Shown: one piece after another, positions 1 through 8,288 of the stretch | How positions within the stretch are numbered: the first letter of the stretch is position 1 | How the letters are laid out: each line of letters starts with the position of its first letter | Virus record (IMG/VR): IMGVR_UViG_3300045988_135716 | Coordinates: 64,001-128,000 of that record | Reading direction: 5' to 3' (one strand) | Source: a virus | DNA: 64,000 nucleotides | Position numbers and translations under genes: made by a program | Notes under the pieces: generated by a model | Databases searched by the model: none | What the model saw: only the letters and a program-made list of their open reading frames with translations | Told to the model about the DNA's origin: nothing

Positions 1-143
1 TAGATACTACATATTATATTAATGACACACCAGATGGATTCCAGTGTGACTTATGGGATTATTATTTTGATGACTTAGAAACTATTGCTTCTCAGTTATA
101 TGACGAAATGCATGGTAGTGTGACGGAAATTAGAATTGAGTGA
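1..143 (+). CDS. hypothetical protein, 3' end only (truncated by window edge)
   Basis: Frame 3 is open from the window edge (..DTPDGFQCDLWDYYFDDLETIASQLYDEMHGSVTEIRIE) to TGA 141-143. Confidence 0.5.
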   Translation, partial: DTTYYINDTPDGFQCDLWDYYFDDLETIASQLYDEMHGSVTEIRIE

Positions 144-474
144 TACAATGCTGAAATCAAACTTTCATGGAGATGATGAAATGCTAGAAAAATTAATTAC
201 TGACAATAAAGAAAACTTTAAAGGTTATTATGTATTTGCAATCTGTATGTGGAAAGATAAATTATGCTTAGTGCCATGTGATGATGCAATGTCTGGGTAT
301 TATCCTGTATATGATAAAGCAATTAATATATCCGATATGCCAATCGTGAATTTTCCAAATAAAATCAATGGACAAAATATTGATGCAATAATTTTAAAAT
401 TATATAAAGGATCTATAGAATTTGATTTTGCAGAAGATACATGGGATGGATTTCAGCCATTAGGAGATTTATAG
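136..474 (+). CDS. hypothetical protein
   Basis: 112-codon ORF with TTG at 136 and first ATG at 148; start uncertain; tiles with neighbours. Confidence 0.6.
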   Translation: MSDTMLKSNFHGDDEMLEKLITDNKENFKGYYVFAICMWKDKLCLVPCDDAMSGYYPVYDKAINISDMPIVNFPNKINGQNIDAIILKLYKGSIEFDFAEDTWDGFQPLGDL

Positions 475-512
475 TAACTATGAAATCCAGCTTTCAAAGA
501 AAGGATTATTTT

Positions 513-1058
513 ATGAAGTATACAAAGTTTAGTGATATACCACAGTTTACAAGAGATGCAAGTTATCACGTTAATATGGATATTCGTAGAGTATCTATAT
601 GGATTGAAGAAAACATTAAAGAATATAATTTGCAACTTAATCCAGACTTCCAGAGAGGACATGTGTGGACAGAAGAACAACAGATTGCATGGTTGGAGTT
701 CTTTCTCAAAGGTGGTAAATCTGGTAATGATGTCTATTTTAATGATCCATTTTGGATGGACTGGAACATGAATAACACAAAACCGGATATATATAAAGAT
801 TTTGTTTGTGTAGATGGTTTACAGAGATTAACTTCCATTCAGAGATTTATAAATAATGAGATTAAAGTGTTTAATTCTTATTATAGAGAATATGAAGATC
901 CAAGGCATCTGAATACAAATACATTAATCATTCATGTAAATAATCTGAAAACAGAGAAAGAAGTATTGCAATGGTATATTGACATGAATGCAGGTGGAAC
1001 ACCACATGCAAAAGAAGAGATTGAACGTGTCAAGGAACTTATTGATAATTTGGAATGA
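513..1058 (+). CDS. DUF262 / ParB-like nuclease-domain protein
   Basis: FQRGHVW and VDGLQRLTSI (DGQQR-type) motifs typical of the DUF262 (GmrSD N-terminal) domain. The ORF opens at 441, but ATG 513 has an AAAGGA SD 7 nt upstream. Confidence 0.7.
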   Translation: MKYTKFSDIPQFTRDASYHVNMDIRRVSIWIEENIKEYNLQLNPDFQRGHVWTEEQQIAWLEFFLKGGKSGNDVYFNDPFWMDWNMNNTKPDIYKDFVCVDGLQRLTSIQRFINNEIKVFNSYYREYEDPRHLNTNTLIIHVNNLKTEKEVLQWYIDMNAGGTPHAKEEIERVKELIDNLE

Positions 1059-1110
1059 TTAGATGAAAAGTTGTTTTTTAAATTTTATGTTGCGTATGTA
1101 TGGGCGATGA

Positions 1111-1512
1111 TTATTTATCATCGTCCTTCTTGTTTGAGTTTAATACATCTAACATTATATTATAGAATATTTGATTTATATTTGGCGTTGCTTTGTCTAT
1201 TGCCTTTTTGAGTTCATTATTAGAGTCAGATACATAAGCGTCAGTATTATTTTTATTATTTTTCTGATTTTGTGAATGATAAACCCTAATTATATTCTTT
1301 TTCTTTTGCGGTTGCTTAGTTGAAATTAATAAATCATTTGGGGTACAATTAAATAATTCGCACATTTTTTCAAGTGTATCAAATGCGATTTTTGTAGTTT
1401 CGCCATTGTAGATTTTACAAGCTGCTTGGTATCCTATTCCAAGTGCGACAGCAAATTGATTAATGTTTTTATAATTCTCATCTACATACCTTTTAACCTC
1501 AAGTTTCATCAT
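1111..1512 (-). CDS. XRE/Cro-CI family helix-turn-helix transcriptional regulator
   Basis: N-terminal HTH_3-like segment (INQFAVALGIGYQAACKIYNGETTKIAFDTLEKMCELFNCTPNDLL). One of only two convincing minus-strand genes; divergent from a consensus promoter carrying operator repeats. Confidence 0.8.
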   Translation of the reverse strand: MMKLEVKRYVDENYKNINQFAVALGIGYQAACKIYNGETTKIAFDTLEKMCELFNCTPNDLLISTKQPQKKKNIIRVYHSQNQKNNKNNTDAYVSDSNNELKKAIDKATPNINQIFYNIMLDVLNSNKKDDDK

Positions 1513-1572
1513 AATACATCCCTCCGTATATAAATTGTATTATAGCATAGAACTTGAGATAAATAAATTGAT

Positions 1573-1628
1573 TTTTAGATTAAATCTTTAGATTATATCT
1601 TGACATCTAATCTAAAGAGTAATATAAT
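1573..1628 (+). promoter_or_regulatory. Consensus sigma-A type promoter with three operator-like 10-mers
   Basis: TTGACA 1600-1605, a 17-nt spacer, then TATAAT 1623-1628. The 10-mer (T/C)TTTAGATTA occurs at 1573-1582 and 1586-1595, and inverted (TAATCTAAAG) at 1608-1617 inside the spacer. Confidence 0.75.
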
Positions 1629-1665
1629 AGGCTCATAAGATAAAGAAAGGAGCTACACACACGAT

Positions 1666-2055
1666 ATGATGGAGTTTAATATATTTGATATTCTTTATGT
1701 CAAAACAAATGTTAATACATCAGCTAAATCACACGTTCAGCAGATCGAAAGACCTGTTGTTGTAATCCAGAATGATTCTGGAAATAAGTTTGCTCCTACT
1801 TTGATTGTCATGTGCTTAACCAGTAAAATCAAAAAGGTTGAGCAGCCCACTCACGAAGTAATTAAAGCTAGTAAATCTAATGGTTTAAAATGTGACTCAA
1901 TGGTTTTAGGAGAACAGATTTTTACTATTGATAAGCGTGATGTAGTTGAAAAATGGGGAAACATTGACAATGAAGAGGATAGACTTTTAGTAGAAAAATG
2001 TTTTCTTGCAAACTTATATGGTAAAAAGAAAATCAGAGTGGAGGAATTAGCATGA
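1666..2055 (+). CDS. mazF: MazF/PemK (EndoA-like) endoribonuclease toxin homologue
   Basis: ERPVVVIQNDSGNKFAPTLIVMCLTS..QPTHEVI..GLKCDSMVLGEQIFTIDK closely parallels B. subtilis EndoA/NdoA (RPVLVIQND.GN.FSPT.IVA.IT..LPTHVEI..DSVILLEQIRTIDK), recalled from memory. Confidence 0.85.
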   Translation: MMEFNIFDILYVKTNVNTSAKSHVQQIERPVVVIQNDSGNKFAPTLIVMCLTSKIKKVEQPTHEVIKASKSNGLKCDSMVLGEQIFTIDKRDVVEKWGNIDNEEDRLLVEKCFLANLYGKKKIRVEELA

Positions 2056-2330
2056 GTGGAAGAATTGTGTCCGTAGATGAAGCTATAAGATTGTTAACTG
2101 AGTATAAGAAAAACGGTGGAGAGAATGTGTTATTTTCCTCATTTGATTTAGATACAAGATCACCTGATTGTGAAGCAATTCCAATTAGTATTACTTGTGG
2201 AATTAAAGCAATTACAACAGGTCTTCCGATAACATATAATAGAAACTTTATAATGTCCACATTAAAAACACAAGATAAAAACAAAGAGAAGACGATATTA
2301 TTTGCTGAGAAGGGACATATGAAAATATAA
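2052..2330 (+). CDS. hypothetical protein, translationally coupled to the MazF-like gene (possible cognate antitoxin)
   Basis: ATGA start/stop overlap with the preceding gene; 92 aa with no recognisable motif. Confidence 0.55.
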   Translation: MSGRIVSVDEAIRLLTEYKKNGGENVLFSSFDLDTRSPDCEAIPISITCGIKAITTGLPITYNRNFIMSTLKTQDKNKEKTILFAEKGHMKI

Positions 2331-2365
2331 AATCGAAAAAATACAAACAAATGTTCTGGAAAGTA

Positions 2366-2394
2366 TTGACACAAACAAATGTTTGGTATATGAT
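2366..2394 (+). promoter_or_regulatory. Putative sigma-A type promoter
   Basis: TTGACA 2366-2371, a 17-nt spacer, then TATGAT 2389-2394, in a 310-nt non-coding gap. Confidence 0.5.
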
Positions 2395-2424
2395 ATGAAC
2401 ATCTTCACAAGATAATAAAAAAGT

Positions 2425-2470
2425 AAGGATCTTATCTCGGTGCGGGAACACCATATGAGATAAGAACCTT
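2425..2470 (+). ncRNA. Long imperfect hairpin, candidate small structured RNA
   Basis: AAGGATCTTATCTC (2425-2438) pairs with GAGATAAGAACCTT (2457-2470) with one mismatch. An inner GGTG/CACC helix is also present. Sits about 30 nt downstream of the putative promoter. Confidence 0.3.
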
Positions 2471-2615
2471 ACAAACAACACATATAACAGAGATTGGTAC
2501 AACCTCTTGCTATACATTTTTAGTTTAAGTCTTTTTAGTTTAAAAGTCAAGATAAAAGTCTAGCAATTCTGCGATTGTTCCAATTAATTACAACTAAATA
2601 TAGGAAATATTACAA

Positions 2616-2633
2616 ATGAAAGTCGGCTTTCAT
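2616..2633 (+). repeat. Dispersed palindrome family member (ATGAAAG-TCGG-CTTTCAT)
   Basis: Perfect TGAAAG-N4-CTTTCA palindrome followed by CGTAG; see the motif-family finding. Confidence 0.6.
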
Positions 2634-2641
2634 CGTAGTTT

Positions 2642-3592
2642 TTGTACGCATTTTTTGGAAGGGGGTCTGATTATATAAATAATTATGTAGATTGTGGTTC
2701 TTATTATATTGGGACTACTAAAACAGGATTAAAATTTTATTTTGATAAGAAATATTATAATATAGTATCTTTATATCATTGGAAAATGAATAGTGATCAT
2801 ATTCCAGTAACATGCGTTGATAATAAATATGTTTCAATTAAGAAAATATTATTTGGAAATATATCATTAAAACATATTAACGGGAATAAATCGGACATAA
2901 GAGAAGAAAATTTAATACCAACAAGAGGATTAAATCATGATGGTAAAACTTTTTTGAATGGTTATATTTCTATCTACATGCCAGAACATAAACGAGCATT
3001 TGATAATGGGTGTGTATATGAACATGTGTTAGTTGCAGAAAAAATGTTAAATAGAGAATTAAAAGAAACAGAATGCGTACATCATATAAATCATATTAGA
3101 ACAGATAATCGTCCAGAAAATTTGATGGTATTTCGTACAAACAAAGACCATATTTTGTTTCATGCAGGAAATTATGCAATTTTATTGGATGATGGCTCGT
3201 ATGTCGTTGATGATAAAAAGATAGAATATTTATATAAATATAATAATAGAACTGCGGAAGAAATTAAAAATAACGTTGAGGATAAAGGTTCAGTTACAGT
3301 AATTACATATAAAAGACAGATAGGAAAAGATTTATGTCCAGTCTGTTTAAAACATATGAAATCAATAAAAGCAAAAATGTGTAAAGAATGTTGGGACAAA
3401 GAAAAAAGTACAAATATACCTACAAAGGAAGAACTTGAAAAATATATTTATGATTTTTCATTTGAAAAAATCGGAAAAATGTATGGTGTAACAGGTAAGA
3501 ATATAACGAAATGGTGTAAAAAATATAATTTACCATATAGAAAAAAGGATATGGATAAAAATGAAAGGGGCGATGTAAATTGGATTGCTTAA
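2642..3592 (+). CDS. HNH homing-type endonuclease with C-terminal HTH
   Basis: HNH_3-like ECVHHINHIRTDNRPENLMVFRTNKDHILFH and C-terminal IGKMYGVTGKNITKWCKKYNLP. Start is uncertain (TTG 2642, or ATA 2675 downstream of a GGAAGGGGG SD). Confidence 0.8.
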   Translation: MYAFFGRGSDYINNYVDCGSYYIGTTKTGLKFYFDKKYYNIVSLYHWKMNSDHIPVTCVDNKYVSIKKILFGNISLKHINGNKSDIREENLIPTRGLNHDGKTFLNGYISIYMPEHKRAFDNGCVYEHVLVAEKMLNRELKETECVHHINHIRTDNRPENLMVFRTNKDHILFHAGNYAILLDDGSYVVDDKKIEYLYKYNNRTAEEIKNNVEDKGSVTVITYKRQIGKDLCPVCLKHMKSIKAKMCKECWDKEKSTNIPTKEELEKYIYDFSFEKIGKMYGVTGKNITKWCKKYNLPYRKKDMDKNERGDVNWIA

Positions 3593-4311
3593 TTACAAAC
3601 GGCAAGCAATATATCCGTTTAGATTCAAATGGTAGTCCTCAAACATGCGGTCAGGTACTTGCAGAAAGATTTTCAGAAGATAAAGCAAAAAACATTATCA
3701 AGAATCTTCCTAAACCATTGAGAAAATTTCACTTTAATGTTCAGCTAGTCTCTGAAATCGCTGCTCAACCTAAATCAATTGAAGAAGAAAAACTACCAGA
3801 AGATATTAACGGTATCTTAGCGGAACTTGACGATTACTATGAAGATTATCAGCGAAATTCAAAGTATGATAATCCTTATACATATCATGGAGAAACTGCT
3901 TTAGAGAAAGAACTTTCTATGAATGATATAGGAATCGGCAATTTCTTTAAGATGGTAATTGATTGTGTTTCTGATAGAGAGAAATACATTGAGAATATGG
4001 AATATCTTATTAAAGAATATGATCTGAAAATTCTTGACGTAAGACATTTTATCCGAGATGAAGAAACAAAATTGGGAACAGTGCCAATGAGTAGAATCAG
4101 TTACTTATTACAATATTATGAACGTCAACGTGCTATATGCAAGAGAAATAGAAATTGTGCAAAACTTTTCCAATATCATGTAGAGAGATTTAAAAACAGG
4201 AAATACATGAAAGTGATTGATAGGATTACAAATTCTAAATATAAATACAGACGTTTATCTAAAGAATATCTCGAAGATTATGCAAAAGGTATAACGAAAG
4301 AGAGAAAATAA
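3580..4311 (+). CDS. hypothetical protein
   Basis: 243-codon ORF with TTG start 9 nt after AAAGGGG; no recognisable motif. Confidence 0.6.
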   Translation: MDCLITNGKQYIRLDSNGSPQTCGQVLAERFSEDKAKNIIKNLPKPLRKFHFNVQLVSEIAAQPKSIEEEKLPEDINGILAELDDYYEDYQRNSKYDNPYTYHGETALEKELSMNDIGIGNFFKMVIDCVSDREKYIENMEYLIKEYDLKILDVRHFIRDEETKLGTVPMSRISYLLQYYERQRAICKRNRNCAKLFQYHVERFKNRKYMKVIDRITNSKYKYRRLSKEYLEDYAKGITKERK

Positions 4312-4345
4312 TTATTACATAGTTACATATCAACAGAGAGGATCG

Positions 4346-6610
4346 GTGATACGAATGCACTACAAAGACATTCTGGAATCTTATTACAAAGTTAATGAGA
4401 ACAATCCAGAAAACTCAGCAAAGAAATTACATAATGTTGTAGATAAAATTCTAAAACAGTTTGGTGGTATCACCGATATTGACAGGGATGAATGTTATTC
4501 TATAGCAAATTTAGAGATTACAAAATATATCAAAAGTCAATTAGATAAAGGAATTGAAGATTTTGATGAAGATAAATTCAATGGATTTATATATTTTGCA
4601 ATTTCCAGAAAAGTTAAGATGCATATTACAAGAAAAAACAGACAAAAGCGTTGTAAAATCGTAACAAAGATAGAAGATGGAAAGGAAATTAAGGAATATA
4701 TTTATCCAACATCATTAGATAATCTCATGTCTGACGATGGAAAAACAAAGATGATTGATATAATTCCTTCTGATTTTGATATAGAAAGCAGTATTGATGC
4801 AGGAGAACTATTAAATCTTGGAGAAAATGTAGTCAAATATATTGCTTCTCTTGGGTGTATAGAGCGCAAAATTGCAGATTTAATAATGCAAGGATGTAAT
4901 TCTACGGAGATCAAAAGCATATTAAAGCTTTCGGACAAAGAATATAATACATATCTTTCGGATATGAAAGAATATGAAAAAAGAAAACTTCTAAAGATGG
5001 AAGAATGTGAAAATGCAAATATTGAGGAGGAATTACCAATGGAAACAAAAACAACAACATCAGAAAGAACAAAATCTACCAGTTATTCAATAGAATCTCT
5101 TAGCAAACAGTTGAGACAGCACAGATTAAGAGACAACCATCCATTACAAAGAACTTCTGGACAATGGAGTCTACTTACAAAAAGCGAATTAATTTCTGAT
5201 ATTTTACAAGGTAATTCACTTTTACAGATTGTAATTTCAGAAGAAATTAAAGCCGGAATTATAATGCATTGGTTAATTGATGGAAAGCAGCGTTCTACAA
5301 ATTTAAAAGATTATCTTGAAGATGGATTTGCAATTTCCAAAAATGTACAGAGATATATGATTGAATATCAGAGCGACAAAACAGATGAAGATGGGAATGT
5401 AATTTTAAATGAAGATGGGTTTCCAATGCCAGAAAGTAAAGTATTTGATATTCGTGGAAAAAAATTTTCTCAATTGCCAGAAGAATTACAAGACAAATTT
5501 AAAGATTATCAAGTTCCTGTAATGCTCAATTTGAATTGTACAAAGAAAGATATTGCTTATGATATTGCACGATTCAACAGATGTAGACCAATGAATGTTT
5601 CTCAGTCAGGATGGCTAGGATTAGAAGAATCCTATGCTGAATATGTAGATAAGATTTTAAAGATGGATTTCTTTAAGGTTGATTGTGATAAGTCAAGTTA
5701 TTCAAATACGAATATTAAGAACGGATCACTTAGAAGAATTATTATTGAAGCAATAATGACATCTAAATATCTTAGTCATTTTGATAAAGACTTTGGTAAA
5801 ATGTGTGCTTACTTAACTGAAAATGCAAATGAATCAGTATTTATTGATTTTTATTTGACATTGGAGAAGTTATCTAATGTGTTAAGAGGTAATACATCAG
5901 ATATTTTTAATAACAAAAATTCATTTTTATGGTTTGCTTTATTTGATAAATTTTTAGAATATAACATTGAAGATGATAAATTTAATGGATTTATTCAGGA
6001 ATTTAAAGAGACATTACATAATAAAGAAATTGATGGTATTACATACGATTGCTTAAACGGTCAGAAAGGGACAAAGGATCGTTCTTCCGTAACAAAAAGA
6101 TTCAATCATTTGCTTACTCTGATGAAAGAATACTTACATATCGAAGATTCTGTTGAGGAAATCACAGAAGAACCAGAAACCATTGAAAATGATTTGTTTG
6201 ATACAGAAACAATTGAAGAATCATCTGAGAAACCTGCTATCGCAGAAGTAACAGAGTATTCAGCAATTGGAAATGTGGAAATTGAACACGTTGAAGGAGA
6301 AGTAGTAGATAACGATACATTAGATTTTGTGAAAGAATGTGTTGATAAGAACGTAACAGACATTGATGTTTCTTATTATGAAGACGACTTAAATACCATT
6401 ACAAAAGATGTACAGTCTAAGTTACTTGATGATGTAAACAGAAAATCTTTAATTGCAGTTATCGCATATGCGTATATGCAGGATGAAAATTACGAAGAAT
6501 GGTTTGAGAATTATTTTAAAAGAGTTGATACATATGATATTGATCAAAAAAAGAACTATCTCAATATGAGAAACGATTTGATTACTTTTAATAAAGGAGC
6601 AGTTGCATAA
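4346..6610 (+). CDS. Large fusion protein: sigma-70 region-4-like HTH N-terminal part, central DUF262/ParB-like nuclease domain, acidic C-terminal part
   Basis: IERKIADLIMQGCNSTEIKSILKLSDKEY resembles a sigma region 4 / LuxR-type HTH. PLQRTSGQWS...WLIDGKQRSTNL matches the DUF262 DGQQR motif. The start could instead be ATG 4355. Confidence 0.65.
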   Translation: MIRMHYKDILESYYKVNENNPENSAKKLHNVVDKILKQFGGITDIDRDECYSIANLEITKYIKSQLDKGIEDFDEDKFNGFIYFAISRKVKMHITRKNRQKRCKIVTKIEDGKEIKEYIYPTSLDNLMSDDGKTKMIDIIPSDFDIESSIDAGELLNLGENVVKYIASLGCIERKIADLIMQGCNSTEIKSILKLSDKEYNTYLSDMKEYEKRKLLKMEECENANIEEELPMETKTTTSERTKSTSYSIESLSKQLRQHRLRDNHPLQRTSGQWSLLTKSELISDILQGNSLLQIVISEEIKAGIIMHWLIDGKQRSTNLKDYLEDGFAISKNVQRYMIEYQSDKTDEDGNVILNEDGFPMPESKVFDIRGKKFSQLPEELQDKFKDYQVPVMLNLNCTKKDIAYDIARFNRCRPMNVSQSGWLGLEESYAEYVDKILKMDFFKVDCDKSSYSNTNIKNGSLRRIIIEAIMTSKYLSHFDKDFGKMCAYLTENANESVFIDFYLTLEKLSNVLRGNTSDIFNNKNSFLWFALFDKFLEYNIEDDKFNGFIQEFKETLHNKEIDGITYDCLNGQKGTKDRSSVTKRFNHLLTLMKEYLHIEDSVEEITEEPETIENDLFDTETIEESSEKPAIAEVTEYSAIGNVEIEHVEGEVVDNDTLDFVKECVDKNVTDIDVSYYEDDLNTITKDVQSKLLDDVNRKSLIAVIAYAYMQDENYEEWFENYFKRVDTYDIDQKKNYLNMRNDLITFNKGAVA

Positions 6611-7056
6611 TGAAAGATACAGTAAATGAAGTAAAGAAAAACTTATCAGAACTCGATTATCTTCTTGGAGAAAATAATGTTGAAGATATTAAGAAACGTA
6701 TTGGAGATTTGATTGTGGACAGAATAGCATCAGATTTACGTGCATATGACTATTATCTGTTTTATCCAGAAGATTATACCGAAACAATCAATAGTGCATT
6801 TGAGAAAATAGAGAAGAAAATAACAAAAATGTATTCCGATGCGTTATTGGAAACGGCAACAGAATCAGTTACACGATTTAAAGATATTGCATTATCACAT
6901 ATAAACGAAACACAGGGGCTACAATTGAGGTCGTGTCATAAATGTGAACATTGTAATTTTAATAGATGTAAATTCTATGAAGATTACTATTGGAAAGCAC
7001 ATGACGGAATTTGTGCAGAAGAAGGATTTATCAATTTTAAAGAGAAAGTAGATTAA
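6610..7056 (+). CDS. hypothetical protein with C-terminal Cys/His cluster
   Basis: TAATG overlap with the upstream gene; AAAGGAG SD; CHKCEHCNFNRCKF cluster. Confidence 0.65.
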   Translation: MKDTVNEVKKNLSELDYLLGENNVEDIKKRIGDLIVDRIASDLRAYDYYLFYPEDYTETINSAFEKIEKKITKMYSDALLETATESVTRFKDIALSHINETQGLQLRSCHKCEHCNFNRCKFYEDYYWKAHDGICAEEGFINFKEKVD

Positions 7057-7071
7057 TAAGGGAGATTACAT

Positions 7072-7659
7072 ATGAACATGAGACTTTCAGAAATTAAAAT
7101 TTCTGCGGATTTTGAAAGCAGTATTCCAAATACATATAAATATAATAAATGTGAAAATTACTATAACAAAACAGGAAATCAGGATAGGTACATAGTAGTA
7201 GATGAGAAGAATGTTTTAGTAGATGGTTATATAATGTATTTAGTATTGAAAAATCATGATGTGGAATATGGTAATGTAAAACGTTTGACATTAAGAAAAC
7301 ATACTTATACTGATAAGCAACGTAAAAAGTATGGACGATTGATTTCACCTAAACACGTTGTTACATACAAGGAAAAACCAACTGCTTATGTATACGGAAA
7401 ACATCCTAATAGTAAAGACAATAAAGAATACGTTTGGAGATTACCGCAAGCATGGGGATATATGAGTCTTATGTTACAAAAAGGTGATGTAATCTATTGT
7501 GGTACAAGATTTGGAGTTGCACCTGTTGTTGTAACTAAAGTGGAATTAAAATCTAATTTTGATACCAGTTTATGTATTAAAAAAGTATGCTCACAGAAGA
7601 TTTATAGGAATGGAGAATTATTAAAATATGATAGTAAGGATGGATCAACTAATGTGTAA
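7072..7659 (+). CDS. hypothetical protein (weak ParB N-terminal-like resemblance)
   Basis: GGGAG SD. The segment YIVVDEKNVLVDGYIMYLVLKNH is reminiscent of the ParB/Srx fold 'DGyhR' region, but the motif is incomplete. Confidence 0.6.
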   Translation: MNMRLSEIKISADFESSIPNTYKYNKCENYYNKTGNQDRYIVVDEKNVLVDGYIMYLVLKNHDVEYGNVKRLTLRKHTYTDKQRKKYGRLISPKHVVTYKEKPTAYVYGKHPNSKDNKEYVWRLPQAWGYMSLMLQKGDVIYCGTRFGVAPVVVTKVELKSNFDTSLCIKKVCSQKIYRNGELLKYDSKDGSTNV

Positions 7660-7819
7660 TCATAACTGGGTATTAATCGAAAAGCCACGACATTTAAAGT
7701 ATAATTATAGTGGGTTAGAAGTTGTGATTGGTAAATGTCGATGCACGAAATGTAAGAAGATAAAGGATAGAAAGATGATTGGTCACCAGATTGGAAATAT
7801 ATTTGAGGAGACAGGATAA
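7652..7819 (+). CDS. small zinc-ribbon-like protein
   Basis: CNHNW...CRCTKCKK Cys pairs. The ORF opens at 7628, but ATG 7652 follows an AAGGATGGA SD. Confidence 0.5.
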   Translation: MCNHNWVLIEKPRHLKYNYSGLEVVIGKCRCTKCKKIKDRKMIGHQIGNIFEETG

Positions 7820-7838
7820 AAGCGTGGTTTCATTGCCA

Positions 7839-8010
7839 GTTTTTAGAAGAGCTTAAATTTATAGAGTTCTAAAACTAATGAGGTACATTGGTTAAGTGTA
7901 GTGCACACGTTTTAGAAGAGTGTAAATTTATAGGGTTCTAAAGCTCCTTGCCCGTCATGCCGATAGCACAGCCAGTTTTAGAAGAGTGTAAATTTATAAG
8001 GTTCTAAAGC
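7839..8010 (+). CRISPR. Mini-CRISPR array: 3 repeats (36-37 nt) and 2 spacers (33 and 30 nt)
   Basis: R1 is 7839-7875 GTTTTTAGAAGAGCTTAAATTTATAGAGTTCTAAAAC. R2 is 7909-7944 GTTTTAGAAGAGTGTAAATTTATAGGGTTCTAAAGC. R3 is 7975-8010 GTTTTAGAAGAGTGTAAATTTATAAGGTTCTAAAGC. Unique spacers lie at 7876-7908 and 7945-7974. Repeat termini are type II-like (GTTTTAGA...CTAAAAC). Confidence 0.8.
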
Positions 8011-8288
8011 CTCAAATTTACAAGAACCTTATAAATTATGAAATGTACGTATGTACATACGTTGTCAACTAAAAATAGAATAAGTGATACATAAGTTGAA
8101 CTACATTATTATAAGAGAATATGTTATTGTGTCGCTCTAGCAATAATTATATCGTGAAAAGCTAAACATCCATTACATAATTCTGTAAAACACTCTTAAT
8201 GGAAGTGCTTGAACATCAAAGACTTATAATAATATTTTCGAAGAGCATTACCAGTTTTATACTGAGATTATATTTAAGGACAAAGAAA
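8011..8288 (+). ncRNA. Putative tracrRNA / omega-RNA-like scaffold fused to the last CRISPR repeat
   Basis: Anti-repeat AGAACCTTATAAATT (8023-8037) is the exact reverse complement of repeat bases 7991-8005. A 16-nt perfect palindrome ACGTATGTACATACGT lies at 8047-8062. The 278-nt non-coding stretch runs up to the IscB-like start, as omega-RNAs do. Boundaries are not determined. Confidence 0.5.

Noticed and set aside
7072-7659. Confident ParB-nuclease call, which would make a third ParB/DUF262 gene next to the IscB locus
   Set aside because: Only a loose 'DGY' region is seen, and no GxxRxxA/DGQQR-type motif. The gene is left as hypothetical with a note.
8199-8288. N-terminal extension of the IscB-like ORF (MEVLEHQRLIIIFSKSITSFILRLYLRTKK)
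   Set aside because: There is no SD before 8199, and the sequence is not protein-like. ATG 8289 has a properly spaced AGGA and begins right at the conserved PLMP region. The stretch is more likely part of the guide-RNA scaffold.
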